NCBI RefSeq assembly: GCF_009914755.1
Contig: NC_060933.1
Reading direction: 5' to 3' (one strand)
DNA length: 64,000 nt
Source: the human T2T-CHM13v2.0 reference genome, Homo sapiens
Positions 1-16,336 of the stretch are shown here, piece after piece. Made by a program: the position numbers and the translations under genes. How positions within the stretch are numbered: the stretch's first letter is position 1; each line of letters begins with the position of its first letter. A model generated the notes under the pieces. That model saw nothing but the letters and a program-made list of their open reading frames with translations, was not told where the DNA came from and did no database searches.

Positions 1-435
1 AGTAGTTGTACTACTTTACATTCCCGCCAGCAGTGTAAGAAAGTTCTGAGTTCTCCTTGTCCTCACCAAAGCTTACTGTAGTTGGTCTTTTGCATTTTGG
101 ACATTTTACTGTGTGTGTAGTGGTTTCTCATTGTGGTTTTAATTTGCATTCCCTTAATTACTAGTAGTGTTGAACATGTATTCATGTGTTTATTTGCCAT
201 CCTGATTTCTTCTTTGGTAAAATGTCTGCTCAGTTTTTTGGACCTTTATTTAAACATTGAGTTGTTTACTTATATCAAATTTTCAGTGTTTTAATATATT
301 TTGAATATAAGTCTTTTAATGAGATATGTAATTTCCCAATACTTTGTCCCAGTCAGCAGCTATATTTTCATTCTCTTAACAGTGTCTTACAAAGAGTAGA
401 AGATTTTGATTTTGATGAGGCTCAACTTACCCTTT
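1..435 (-). mobile_element. Old L1M (L1MB/MC-like) ORF2 3' fragment, continued at 2078-2440
   Basis: Matches the L1 ORF2 3' antisense consensus (ttgtggttttaatttgcatt...). The sequence resumes in register after the nested younger L1. Confidence 0.65.
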
Positions 436-2077
436 TCTTAATTTTTTAAAATAATTTCAACTTTTATTTTAGATTCAGGAGGTACACGTGCAGGTGTGTT
501 ACATGGGTATATTTCCCAATGCTGAGATTTGAGGTATGATTGATCCCATCACCCAGATACTGAATATAGTACCCAATAGTTTTTCAGCTCTTGCCCTGTT
601 CCTTTCCTCTCTCATTAGTAGTCCCCAGTGTCTACTGTTGCCATTTTTATGTCCATGAGTACCCAATGTTTAGTTCCTGCTTCTAAGTGAGAACATGTGG
701 TATTTGGTTTTCTGTTCCTGCATTATCCTGCTTAGGATAATGGCCTCCAGCTGCATCCATGTTGCTGCAAAGGACATGATTTCATTCTCTTTATGGCTGC
801 ATAGTATCCTATGGTATATATGTACCATATTTTATTTATCCAATCCACTGTTGATGGGCACCTAGGTTGATTCCATGTCTTTGCTACTGTGAATAGTGCT
901 GCAATGAACACACAAATGCACGTGTCTTTTTGGTAGAATGATTTATTTTCTTTTGAATACATATCCAGTAATGGGACTGCTGGATTGAATGATCGTTGTG
1001 TTTTAAGTTCTTTGAGAAATATCCAAACTGCTTTCCACAGCGGCTAAACTAATTTACAGTCCCACCATCAGTACAAAAGCATTCCCTTTTCTCTGCAGCA
1101 TCACCAGCATCTGTTGTTTTTTGATGCTTAAATTGTAGCCATTTTGACCAGTCTGAAATGGTATCTCATTGTCTTCTTTTGAGAAATGTCTGTTCCTGTC
1201 TTTTGCCAATTTTTAATGGGGTTAGTTGTTTTTTGCTTGCTCAGTTTAAGTTCCTTATGTATTCTGAATATTAGACCTCTGTTGGATACATAGTTTTTGA
1301 ATATTTTCTCCCATTCTGTAGGTTGTCTGTTTACTCTGTTGATAGTTGCTTTTGCTGTGCAGAAGCTCTTTAGTTTGATTAGGTCCAACTTGTCAATTTT
1401 TTGCTTTGTTTCAATTACTTTTGAGAACTGTTTTGGTTACTGTAGCCCTGTAGTATAGTTTGAAGTTGGGTGGCATGATGCTTCTATCTTTGTTCTTTTT
1501 ATTTAGGATCACTTTGGCTATTCAGGCTCTTTTTTGGTTGCATATGAATTTTAGAATAGTTTTTTCTAATTCTGTGAAAAATGATGTTGATAGTTTGATA
1601 ATAATAGCATTAAATCTGTAGATTGCCTTGGGCAGTATGGCCATACTAATGATATTGGTTCTTCTAATCCATAAGCACGGAATGCTTTTCCATTTATGGA
1701 TGTCATCTATGATTTCTTTCAGCATTGTGTTTCATAGTTCTCCTTGTGGAGATCTTTAACCTTCTTGGTCAGATATATTCCTAGATATTTTATTTTTGTG
1801 TATTTTTGTGTTGCTATTGTAAATGGCATTGCATTCTTGATTTGGCCCTCAGCTTGAAGGTTATTGATATACAGAAATGTTACTGATTTTGTACATTGAT
1901 TCTGTATCCTGAAACTTTACTGAAGTCATTTATCAATTCCAGGAGCCTTTTGGAAGTCTTTAGGGTTTTCTAGATATATAATCATATAGTCAGTGAAGAG
2001 AGATAGTTTGACTTATTTTCTTATTGGGATGCCTTTTATTTCTTTCTCTTGCCTGATGGCTCTCACTAAGACTTTCC
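436..2077 (-). mobile_element. 5'-truncated L1PA15/16-like element nested in an older L1
   Basis: 3' end ttttagattcaggaggtacacgtgcagg; ORF2 C-terminal fragments at 732-962, 1128-1388 and 1522-1725; internal deletions near 1170 and 1428. Confidence 0.8.
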
Positions 2078-2440
2078 ATTTATTCTTTTAGGGCTCATTC
2101 TTTTAGCATTGTATTTAAGAAATCTTTGCCTACTTCTGTCTCAAAGACGTTCTCATATTTTCTTCTAGAAGTTTCATAATTCTAAGTTTTAAGTTAATTT
2201 ATCTTTAGTTAGTTTTGTATATGATATAAGCTATATATTGAAGTTTGTTTTTATACATATGGACATCTAACTTATCCACTACAATTTGCTGAAAATATTA
2301 TCCTTTCTCCACTGAGTTGCCTTTGCATCTTTCTGGAAAATCAATTGTTCTTATATACGTGGGTATATTTCTAGATCTCTATTCTATTTCATTGTTATGT
2401 TTGTCTCTTATACCACATTCTACTTAATGCCCTATAAATC
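2078..2440 (-). mobile_element. Old L1M continuation
   Basis: aagaaatctttgcc...ttttcttctagaagttt L1 ORF2 antisense motifs. Confidence 0.6.
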
Positions 2441-2604
2441 ATAAGGTCTGGCTTGTGGAAACAGATACTATTCCCTACCCTGTGTGAGCCTCAGACACTG
2501 GTACTTCTAATTCTTTTAAGTGGTTCTTCCCCTACTTCACACACATGCCACCAATACGCATTCTGCGCCATACTCAAGGGGATCCTCTGCAGATTTACAA
2601 AAAC

Positions 2605-2786
2605 CACGTGTTTTTATAAGTACAGTTTTACTGTAACAGAGCCACACCCATTAATTTACCCAAGTGTTCTGTGGCTGCTTTCATATTACAACAGCAGAAT
2701 TGAGTACGTGTGACAGGCACCATGTGGCCCAAAAACCTAAATTATTTCCTATCTGCCCCTTTACAGAAAATGTTTGCCAACCCCTG
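2605..2786 (+). mobile_element. MER58A-like hAT-Charlie DNA transposon
   Basis: Internal consensus motifs and terminal ...tttgccaacccctg. Confidence 0.75.
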
Positions 2787-2949
2787 ATCCGGTCCCTCTA
2801 CCTTATTATTGGAAAGGACACCAAGGTCTTATGGGAGTCGTGACATATTCCCTGTTTCTAAGGATCACATCTTTCCTACTGTATCTCTGTGTCCTTCATC
2901 CTGTCACTGGCTTAGGCCTCCATGAGGTCAAAGACCCTAAAAGATGCAC

Positions 2950-3300
2950 TATATTAGCCTGTTTTCATGCTGCTGTTTTCTTCCCGAGACTGGGAAGAAG
3001 AAGAGGTTTAATGGACTTACAGTTCCACATGGCTGGGGAGGCCTCACAATCATGGCAGAAGGCAAGGAGAAGCAAGTCACGTCTTACATGGATGGTGGCA
3101 GGCAAAGAGAAAGCTTATGCAGGGAAAACTCTCATTTTTAAAACCATCAGATCTCATGAGACTCATTCATTATCACAAGAACAGCATGGGAAAGACCTGC
3201 CCCCATGATTCAGTCACCTCCCAGCAGGTTTCTCCCATGACATGTGGGAATTGCAGGAGGTATAATTCAAATGAGATTTGGGTGGGGACACAGCCAAACC

Positions 3301-3306
<6 letters not shown>
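2950..3306 (-). mobile_element. THE1 (THE1C-like) ERVL-MaLR solo LTR
   Basis: tattagcctgttttcatgctgct...gggtggggacacagccaaaccatatta. Confidence 0.9.

Positions 3307-3345
<39 letters not shown>
3307..3345. repeat. (CA)n microsatellite, about 19 units
   Basis: Seen directly. Confidence 0.95.
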
Positions 3346-3347
<2 letters not shown>

Positions 3348-3488
3348 GCAAAAACCTAGAGGAGTAGAAATTGTCCTCAGGAAGGTAGGGAAAGAGAGAA
3401 AAGCTCTAAAGAGCCTGGAGTTTCCTCAGAATTAGATAGCCTCAGGTGGCTCCAGTTTAAAAATAAATAAATAAATAAATAAATAACT

Positions 3489-3841
3489 AGGCTGGGCATG
3501 GTGATTCACACCTGTAATCCCAATGTTTTGGGAGGCTGAGATGGGAGGATTGCTTGAGGTCAAGCATTTAAGACCAGCCTGGGCAACACAGCAAGACCTT
3601 ATCACTACAAAACTTTTTTTAAAATATAACTAGGCATGGTGGTGCAGGCCTGTAGTCCAAGCTGCTTGGGAGGCTGAGGTGTAGTCCTAGCTGCTTGGGA
3701 GGCTGAGGTGGGAGGATCACATGAGCCCTGGAGGGAGGCTGCAAGTGAGCTATAATCTGCAAGTGAGCTATAATCGCACCACTACACTGCAGCCTGGGCA
3801 ACAAGTGAGATCCTGTCTCTTTTTTTAAAAAAAAAAAAAAA
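3489..3841 (+). mobile_element. AluJ-like element with two internal tandem duplications, preceded by (AAAT)n
   Basis: Dimeric Alu with A tail; 29-bp and 18-bp duplications in the right arm. Confidence 0.9.
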
Positions 3842-4659
3842 CCTAAAATATGTAATTACATGTGGCTTAATAAAAACAGTGCCTTTTTCCAGCATCTTAC
3901 TTAGGTGCTGTTCAAGTATCTTTCAGCATACATTTGGCCCACCCCCTCTTTTTAGCAGCACACTCTCCTTTTTTTTTTTTAATTTTATTATTATTATACT
4001 TTAAGTTTTAGGGTACATGTGCACAATGTGCAGGTTACTTACATATGTATACATGTGCCATGCTGGTGTGCTGCACCCATTAACTCGTCATTTAGCATTA
4101 GGTATATCTCCTAATGCTATCCCTCCCCCTCCCCCCACCCCACAACAGTCCCCAGAGTGTAATGTTCCCCTTCCTGTGTCCATGTGTTCTCATTGTTCAA
4201 TTCCCACCTATGAGTGAGAACATGCGGTGTTTGGTTTTTTGTCTTTACAATAGTTTACTGAGAATGATGATTTCCAATTTCATGCATGTCCCTACAAAGG
4301 ACATGAACTCATCATTTTTTATGGCTGCATAGTATTCCATGGTGTATATGTGCCACATTTTCTTAATGCAGTCTATCATTGTTGGACATGTGGCTTGGTT
4401 CCATGTCTTTGCTATTGTGAATAGTGCCGCAATAAACATATGTGTGCGTGTGTCTTTATAGCAGCATGATTTATAGTCCTTTGGGTATATACCCAGTAAT
4501 GGGATGGCTGGGTCAAATGGTATTTCTAGTTCTAGATCCTTGAGGAATGGCCACACTGCCTTCCACAATGGATGAACTAGTTTACAGTCCCACCAACAGT
4601 GTAAAAGTGTTCCTATTTCTCCACATCCTCTCCAGCACCTGTTGTTTCCTGACTTTTTA

Positions 4660-8021
<3,362 letters not shown>

Positions 8022-9684
8022 TATGATGTTAGCTGGTTATTTTGCTCGTTAGTTGATGCAGTTTCTTCCTAGCCTCAATGGTCTTTACAATTTGGCATGA
8101 TTTTGCAGTGGCTGGTACCGGTTGTTCCTTTCCATGTTTAGTGCTTCCTTCAGGAGCTCTTTTAGGGCAGGCCTGGTGGTGACAAAATCTCTCAGCATTT
8201 GCTTGTCTGTAAAATATTTTATTTCTCCTTCACTTATGAAGCTTAGTTTGCCTGGATATTAAATTCTGGGTTGAAAATTCTTTTCTTTAAGAATGTTGAA
8301 TATTGGTCCCCCCTCTCTTCTGGCTTGTAGAGTTTCTGCTGAGAGATCCGCTGTTAGTCTGATGGGCTTCCCTTTGTGGGTAACCCGACCTTTCTCTCTG
8401 GCTGCGTTTAACATTTTTTCCTTCATTTCAACTTTGGTGAATCTGACAATTATGTGTCTTGGAGTTGCTCTTCTCGAGGAGTATCTTTGTGGTGTTCTCT
8501 GTATTTCCTGAATCTGAATGTTGCCCTGCCTTGCTAGATTGGGGAAGTTCTCCTGGATAATATCCTGCAGAGTGTTTTCCAACTTGGTTCCATTCTCCCC
8601 ATCACTTTCAGGTACACCAATCAGACGTAGATGTGGTCTTTTCACATAGTCCCATATTTCTTGGAGGCTTTGTTCATTTCTTTTTATTCTTTTTTCTCTA
8701 AACTTCCCTTCTCACTTCATTTCATTCATTTGATCTTCAATCACTGATACCCTTTCTTCCAGTTGATCACATCAGCTCCTGAGGCTTCTGCATTCTTCAC
8801 GTAGTTCTTGAGCCTTGGCTTTCAGCTCCATCAGCTCCTTTAAGCACTTCTCTGTATTGGTTATTCTAGTTATACATTCGTGTAAATTTTTTTCAAAGTT
8901 TTCAACTTCTTTGCCTTTGGTTTGAATTTCCTCCTGTAGCTCAGAGTAGTTTGATCGTCTGAAGACTTCTTCTCTCAACTTGTCAAAGTCATTCTCCGTC
9001 CAGCTTTGTTCCATTCCTGGTGAGGAGCTGTGTTCCTTTGGATGAGGAGAGGTGCTCTGTTTTTTAGAGTTTCCAGTTTTTATGCTCTGTTTTTTCCCTA
9101 TCTTTGTGGTTTTATCTACTTTTGGTCTTTGATGATGGTGATGTACAGATGGGTTTTTGGTGTGGATGTCTTTTCTGTTTGTTAGTTTTCCTTCTAACAG
9201 ACAGGACCCTCAGCTGCAGGTCTGTTGGAGTTTGCTAGAGGTCCACTCCAGACCCTGTTTGCCTAGGTACCAGCAGCGGTGGCTGCAGAACAGTGGATTT
9301 TCATGAACCGCGAATGCTGCTGTCTGATCGTTCCTCTGAAAGTTTTGTCTCAGAGGAGTACCCGGCCGTGTAAGGTGTCAGTCTGCCCCTACTGGGGGGT
9401 GCCTCCCAGTTAGGCTGCTCGGGGGTCAGGGGTCAGGGACCCACTTGAGAAGGCAGTCTGCCCATTCTCAGATCTCCAGCTGCATGCTGGGAGAACCACT
9501 GCTCTCTTCAATGCTGTCAGACAGGGACACTTAAGTCTGCAGAGGTTACTGCTGTCTTTTTGTTTGTCTGTGCCCTGTCCCCAGAGGTGGAGCCTACAGA
9601 GGCAGGCAGGCCTCCTTGAGCTGTGGTGGGCTCCAACCAGTTCGAGCTTCCTGGCTGCTTTGTTTACCTAAGCAAGCCTGGGCA

Positions 9685-10266
9685 ATGGCGGGCGCCCCTC
9701 CCCCAGCCTTGCTGCCGCATTGCAGTTTGATCTCAGACTGCCATGCTAGCAATCAGCAAGACTCTGTGGGCATAGGACCCTCCGAGCCAGGTGCGGGATA
9801 TAATCTCCTGGTGCGCCGTTTTTTAAGCCTGTCGGAAAAGCGCAGTATTTGGGTGGGAGTGACCCGATTTTCCAGGTGCCGTCTGTCACCCCTTTCTTTG
9901 ACTAAGAAAGGGAACTCCCTGACCCCTTGCGCTTCCCGAGTGAGGCAATGCCTCGCCCTGCTTCGGCTCATGCACGGTGCACTGCACCCACTGTCCTGCA
10001 CCCACTGTCTGGCACTCCCTAGTGAGATGAACCCGGTACCTCAGATGGAAATGCAGAAATCACCCGTCTTCTGCATTGCTCACCCTGGGAGCTGTAGACC
10101 GGAGCTGTTCCTATTCGGCCATCTTGGCTCAAGTGTCGGCAGCACACTCTCCTTAGTGAGCAAGCTCCCATGCCTCCTTCAGAGGAACTCCTCACAAATC
10201 TCCATTGGAGGCACGTGTCAGCCCCACAGAAAGCAAACAGCACCAGCCTTTTCTCATGCCTTGTGA
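9685..10266 (+). other. L1 antisense ORF0, intact start, extended to 193 codons
   Basis: gcaATGG Kozak. MAGAPPPALLPHCSLISDC...VGVTRFSR matches primate L1 ORF0. Splice donors follow 9790 and 9875. Expression is unknown. Confidence 0.8.
10116..10126 (-). promoter_or_regulatory. L1 5'UTR YY1 site (CAAGATGGCCG)
   Basis: Exact match at the canonical position next to the L1 5' end. Confidence 0.8.
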
Positions 10267-10939
10267 TTTACCAAGAGGAGGAAGATGTGGGCAGTCATTC
10301 CAACCTGAGTGTACAGAGTGAAGACTTTCCATGAAAGAATTCATTGTGCCTGGTGCTTCTCCCTGGTGGGAGGCTCAAGGGGGCACAGCCAACACACATG
10401 GTGGCACCAACATGCTCACCAGGGCCACAGGCCCATCATAGGCAGGGCCTGCACATGTAGCAGCTCCACTTCTTAGAGCCCTTCCAGCCATGCAAAGCCT
10501 GGCAGTGAGGCCACAGCTCACACATTGCAGTTGGGCAGTGGTATTCTGACCACCCAAGACAGGCAGCTTATGCATTTTTTTCTCTGCTTATTCCTCTGCT
10601 GAGAATTGCAGAACCCAGCTGGCATGAGATGCAGTTCAGACATCCCTGCTAAGAGCGGCAAGGCTCTTGTTGACCCTAAATCTCATGCAAAAAGGTGAAG
10701 GAATTACTTCTTTCTCCAACACTGAGGTTAAGACTGGGACACTATAATATAATATCACGCTGGTATGAAAACTGTGTTTGGAATACAGGACCCAGGCCTG
10801 GAGTCTAAAGGCAGAGCTCACAGTGTTCACATGTAACCCTCTCAAAGTAGGAGCGTATATGAGAAAACAGTTGAATAAATATTAATATCCAAAGTTGAAA
10901 TTCATGATAAAGGGCCTAGGAAAGCACTGTCTCAAAGAT

Positions 10940-12810
10940 AGTTCCATTTACTTATTCAAGAAGTATTTACCAAGTGCCTAATATGTGCCAAACAGTGTAC
11001 TGTGAGCCAAGGACACACAGTAAATAAGATAAATACAAACCTAGTCCTCATTCATTTATTCAAAAAGAAGTATTGAGCATCTATTTACTATACCAGGCAC
11101 TGTTCTAGGTACTGAGGACACAGTAATAAGCCAAACAAATTGATGTTTGTAGTCCTTTGCAGTGTGATTCCAGTGGGGGCACTTAGAGTCTGATGGGAAA
11201 GTTCAAGTAAGAAAAGCACGATGGAAATGGCAAGAGCTGGGGGCTTTTCAGGTCTCAGCTTGGCCAAGATTGCTTTGAGAAACCAATGTTTGAGCAAGAC
11301 TGGAAGACTGGATAGAGGTTACCCAGGTGAGGAGAGGGGACGAGCGCTTCAGGTAGAGGAGCCGGCAGAGGTTATAAAGAATGAAAATAGAAAACCTTTC
11401 AAGAACCTTTTTGCTCAGAGGTAAGGGGGAGTGGCCTTAGACAAGGTTAAAGAGGGAGGTGGAGCAAATTGCTGGTGCTCTGTAAGATATTTACACTTTG
11501 CCCTAAGTGCAATGGGAAGTCTTAAACAGCTTAAAAACAAGAGAGAGAGGTTGTCTAACTTGCGTTTTTAAAAGCTTATTCTGACTGGTGTGTAGAGGAT
11601 GGTTTTTTAGGGGAAGAGGCTAGATAGAGTCCCCTGTTTAGGAAATTGTTGCAGTATTCCAGGTAACCATAGATTACTGTGGCATAAAGTACAGAGGTGG
11701 AAAAAAATGGACAGAAGTAGATGAATTCAGGGATCTGTAAGAGGTAACTTCAACGGGACTTGGTAAATAGATTAACATGAGAAGGGAAACATCAGCCATA
11801 GAATGAACAGAGTCTCAAAGACATCAGATTTGGGGGGTTTTTCTCACTGAAACTCTCATGTACCTCCTAGTGGTGGTGACACATCCCAGACCACTCAAGC
11901 CAAGATGTTAGAATAAATTGAGAGCTACATGGGTGTGTAATGCAGAATGTGTAGTTATAAGGAGGAGAATACCCCAAAGCTTCTGTTTGCTAAGTCCTGC
12001 TCATTTCCTTAACATCTACCTGCTCAGGCTTTATTAAATGCTAGGTCCTGTGCCTTTCTCCCAGTTTTTGAACAGCTCAGAAGTGTTAGGACAGACAGAA
12101 AAGTCAATCATGAGTGTGAGAAAAGCTCTATAGGCTGCACAGGAAATCAAAAGGAACAGGAGTGGGGACTGCTTTCTTTGATGAAAGGGTAATTGGGGTG
12201 GGGGTAGGGGGCATTTAACAGAGGAACTGCTCAAGCTCAGCCTCAAAGGATGAGGCAAAGTATTCCATGCACTGATACAACAGACACACTTACTGAGTTC
12301 CTTCCATGTTTTCAGCACCATTGAAGGCAGCAGAGACAAAACAGACAAAAGTCCCTCCTCTCATAGAACTGATGTTATAGTAGGAGAAATAGAAAATAAA
12401 CGTATACAGAAGCAAATGGCATCATATGGTAGAAGTAATAAGTGCTATAAAGAAAAATAAAGCAGGATAAGAGGGAGAGGTGGTGCCTATGTGGGAAGGA
12501 GGTTCCAATTTAAAATACAACAGGCCAGAGAGGGCTCACTGAGAAAGCAGTTCTTGAGCAAAGACATGAATGTGTGCTCTTGAGCCTTCACATGTCTGGA
12601 GAGAGAAGAGAGAAGAGCATCCCAGGCACAGGAAGAATGAGTGCGGAGTTCCGCCTGCATGAAACGTGCATGCCTAGTGTGTTCCAGGAACAACAAAAAG
12701 GCCAGTGTGGCCACAATGAGGTAACAGAGGGAGTACACAGAAGGAGAGAAGATCAGAGAGGCTACCAGGCAGAGGGCAAGTTGTGTAAGGCCTTGTAAAT
12801 GGTCACTTTA
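10940..12810 (-). mobile_element. Cluster of L2 fragments with several 3' ends
   Basis: cattcattt...tattgagca...ccaggcactgttctagg-type L2 3' motifs near 10945, 11050 and 12270. Confidence 0.6.
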
Positions 12811-13632
12811 AAGCAACAGTGAGAGAAAAATCTATAAATGCTCACATTTATAAACAGATGCAATATTGCATTGAGCATCATGGGCTTTTCCAGCATTAGA
12901 CAGGGGCAGGCAGAAGTGATTTAGTTTATTGGAAACCATGTGGCCAACTGAATGTTATAGAGCTGACTCTAGTAAAACAGAGGCTTATCAGGCTGGCTCT
13001 GGTACAAGCCAATATTGCTGATTTAATTTGGCTCACATGTGCTGGGCACCTGCTCCGTCTGCCTGGCCCTGAGCTTCTGCAGGCATGTGCCTGGCCATTT
13101 CCTTCATCTAGTAAGAGGGGATCCCCATTGCACAGTAGAGTCAGCTGGGAAGTTTAGAAAAAAATATTCCAACAGAGACCAATTAATTCGAGATCTCAGG
13201 ATGGGACAAGGCATCAGTACTTTTAAAAAATGATTCTCAGGGATTGAGGAGATTTTACAAGTTACTTCTCCGTCTTCTACAACCCATGTATAATAGAAGC
13301 TGGAATGGAAATATGGCGTGCTTAATCATTTAGAATATTTTAATCTGACATTCAAGGTTCTTTGCTATTCAGACCTAGCCTTTACATCCATCCTTCCATC
13401 CTATTTCTCTCTCAGGTAATTCCTTTGTTCCAGTCAAACCTCTCCCTCATACTTGCCATGGCCTTGAGCCTCATGTAACTTCCATGCCTGGAATACCCTC
13501 CCCTACCCCACCATATCTATCTAAATCCTAAAGATTTTCAAGGCACAGATCAGGCCCTCCATGCAGCCTCTTGGAGCACCCCAGCCTGGAATGATCACTC
13601 TCTGCTGACTTCCTGAAGCACCTACTCTAGAC

Positions 13633-13832
13633 CAGAGTTGGGCAAACATTTTCTGTAAAGTGCCAGATAGGAAATAGTTTAGGCATTGTTGGCTATAAGG
13701 CCCCTGTTGCGGGTATTCAACTCTGCAGTTGAAAAGTGAAAGCAGCCATAGACCATAAGTAAATGAATGGGTATGTCTGTGTTCCAGAAAACTTTATTTA
13801 CAGAAACAGGACTGGATTTTGCACTCGGGCCA
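13633..13832 (-). mobile_element. MER58A-like DNA transposon
   Basis: ggcaaacattttctgtaaag...gcagccatagac...aaaactttatttac. Confidence 0.75.
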
Positions 13833-16336
13833 TTCCCTTTGATAATATCAGCCTATCTCAGATAAACGAAGCAAGAAAAAGGAAAGAGATTTTGCCAACT
13901 AATGAACCAAAACTAATGAAAAGAGCATGAACTTTGGAATCAGAGCTGAGCTATGGTCAAACCACATAACCTCAATGAGTCTGCCTTTCTCATCAACCTC
14001 AGCTCTATGTCACCAATGTGATACTTAGCCTATCACACCTTATATTATTGGACATATTTCTTACGTCTGTCATGTCTCCCAGCTAGATCTAGGTCCTGGG
14101 GATAGAAGAGGCTGCATAAGTATTTTTAAGTGATTTAAAACAGGACTAGGTGGCAGGGCCTTGACTTGGAAGGCCTCTTGAATTGTTTTCATCTCTCATT
14201 TCTATTCTAATTGTAGCTTTATCATCCGTCCCACATACCTCCACCCTTCACCCCACCCGCACATTTCCTATAGCCTGGATTTTTCTTGTACAGCCTGGAT
14301 CGGGCACTTCCTGGATCCAATTATGTGATAATGCAAACAATGACAGTTAGTGAATACCCTGGGCCACAGCTGTTGGGAAGCCATTTTTTATCATAATTGT
14401 TTGGAAGACTAAGGGCATCACTACTTCCTCTCTTAGCGGTGGGAACAGCAAGTTCTGATGGTCAAAGGTTAGGTAAAAATTAATCCACACTGCAGACCCA
14501 CCCAACAGGTGGCAAGGAAGGTGATGCCAAGGAAGGACAGGGATGTCGGGAAGGGGAGGACTGGCCCCCTTGAGGAGTGGGAAAGGAAGACGGAGGGAAA
14601 GGGAAGGACTCATGTCAAAGAGACACAAGTCAGCATCTGTTTCCTCATTTATACTGGAAGGCCGAGGTTTTATGTCACAAGGAAAATGCTTTTGATTTCC
14701 TAAAGCTTTGCCCACAAAGAGAAAATGCTTTGCTATTAAGAAGAAAGGTCAGCATTTTGTAGTTATTTATGGCTCCTGTTTATATACTTTTGTATTTTTT
14801 TAAATAAAATCCAAAGTGGAGTATAGAGACCCCATAGGGACTGCAGAAAGCTCTATACATACAGTGTAAAACTAAATTGTCATTTCAGAGGGCATTTACA
14901 AGGAAGCCACAGAAAGGAATACAGCAGTTCTTTGGACTGAAATGCACATCCATAAATATAAAAAGACACCAGAGCATAAGTGACACTTAAAATAGTTGGA
15001 CATGGAAAGCAAGGCAGTAAATCTCACTGCCTAGCCACTGTTCTAAGCCATAGCGAGCACCCAGGCATGGGCTTATTTAAAGACGCTAGATAGGAAATGA
15101 GGACCTTGAGAAAACGCACTCACACTTGCTCCTGCCCTTTCCTGGCAGCAGGACACAATTCCCAGGCCCATGTGCCCTCCCTGCCATGTCCAACAGGAAT
15201 GATGTGAATGAGTTTCATGTCCCTGAAATAGACAGGGATTGAAAGTCCATCAGTGGGAAAACAAGGAACTCTACTCTTTCCCCAATAAATCCTTCCTCAG
15301 CCCTGAAACAGCCCTTGAGAATATCTACTCTTGCTCTGTGCCCCCTTGTGTTTGGTGGTGCTATAATGGCAGTTTTACAGCACTATCAGAGCCCAGAGGC
15401 TGACTGTAGAAGAGAGGGCAGGATTATGGCCTAAGGCCTTGATGTGATCTATGAAGGGAGAGGCAGACCCTACTGCCTTGGTTCCAAGCCAACTTTGTAG
15501 GAGACAGAGGACAGGGCACCTCAGTCAGAAAAGCTGTTTCCAAATCCTCAGCATCTGATTCCTCATAAATAAAGGCTCTTGGCCCTGCCTGCTTCTTGAA
15601 GTAGAGGGATCGGGTAAGTTAAGATTTCCCTTAGGGACCAGGTCCTGGAAGCAGAAATAAAGAAGGTAAATTCTAGCCCCAGTCAACCTACCGTTTTATT
15701 AACTTACTCATTTTATGCTGTTTTTACTTCCTCTCTGTATTTGCTAATTAATTTAACTTACTTTTTAATTGAGTTCCCTTTGACAAAACCAGCCAATCTC
15801 AGGTAAATTAAGCAAGAAAAAGGAAAGAGTATCTGCCCACCCAGCTCACAGAACTAATTATAGTAAGGGTTAAATGAGATGCCATATGCAATGTGCCCAG
15901 TTTAGTGCTTGCTACAAAGTAGATGCTAATAATTGCTAATTTTTTTTTACCTGTTCTCTTCCTTGTTGAAAAATCTAAGTTCATTCTCTTTCTCACTGTG
16001 GTCTACCACAAGTTCTTCCATAAATTATAGGATCAGAACTTGATCACCATTGTGAGTGTAAATTACTGACCAAAAAATCATTCAGGAGACAGGTGCCATA
16101 TGGGAAGTTTCATTCTATGCCAAGCTCTCGATGGGAGCAGAGATGTGCAAGGTGTGGCCCCTGACATCAAGGGACTTCATATCTAGTTAGAAAAGATCAA
16201 CACAGAAGCAATGGTGAGAAAGCAGTATGAGCAGGTGAGAAAGGGTAATAAAGAGAGTGCTGAATACCTGCTCTATGAATTTATGATCGAGGAGGAAGGT
16301 TGTAGTGCTCCCCTGGAAATTCTATTTCCATCTAGC

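Noticed and set aside
3029-3042. PRDM9 hotspot motif in THE1
   Set aside because: The minus strand reads CCTCCCCAGCCAT, not the hot CCTCCCTAGCCAC form.
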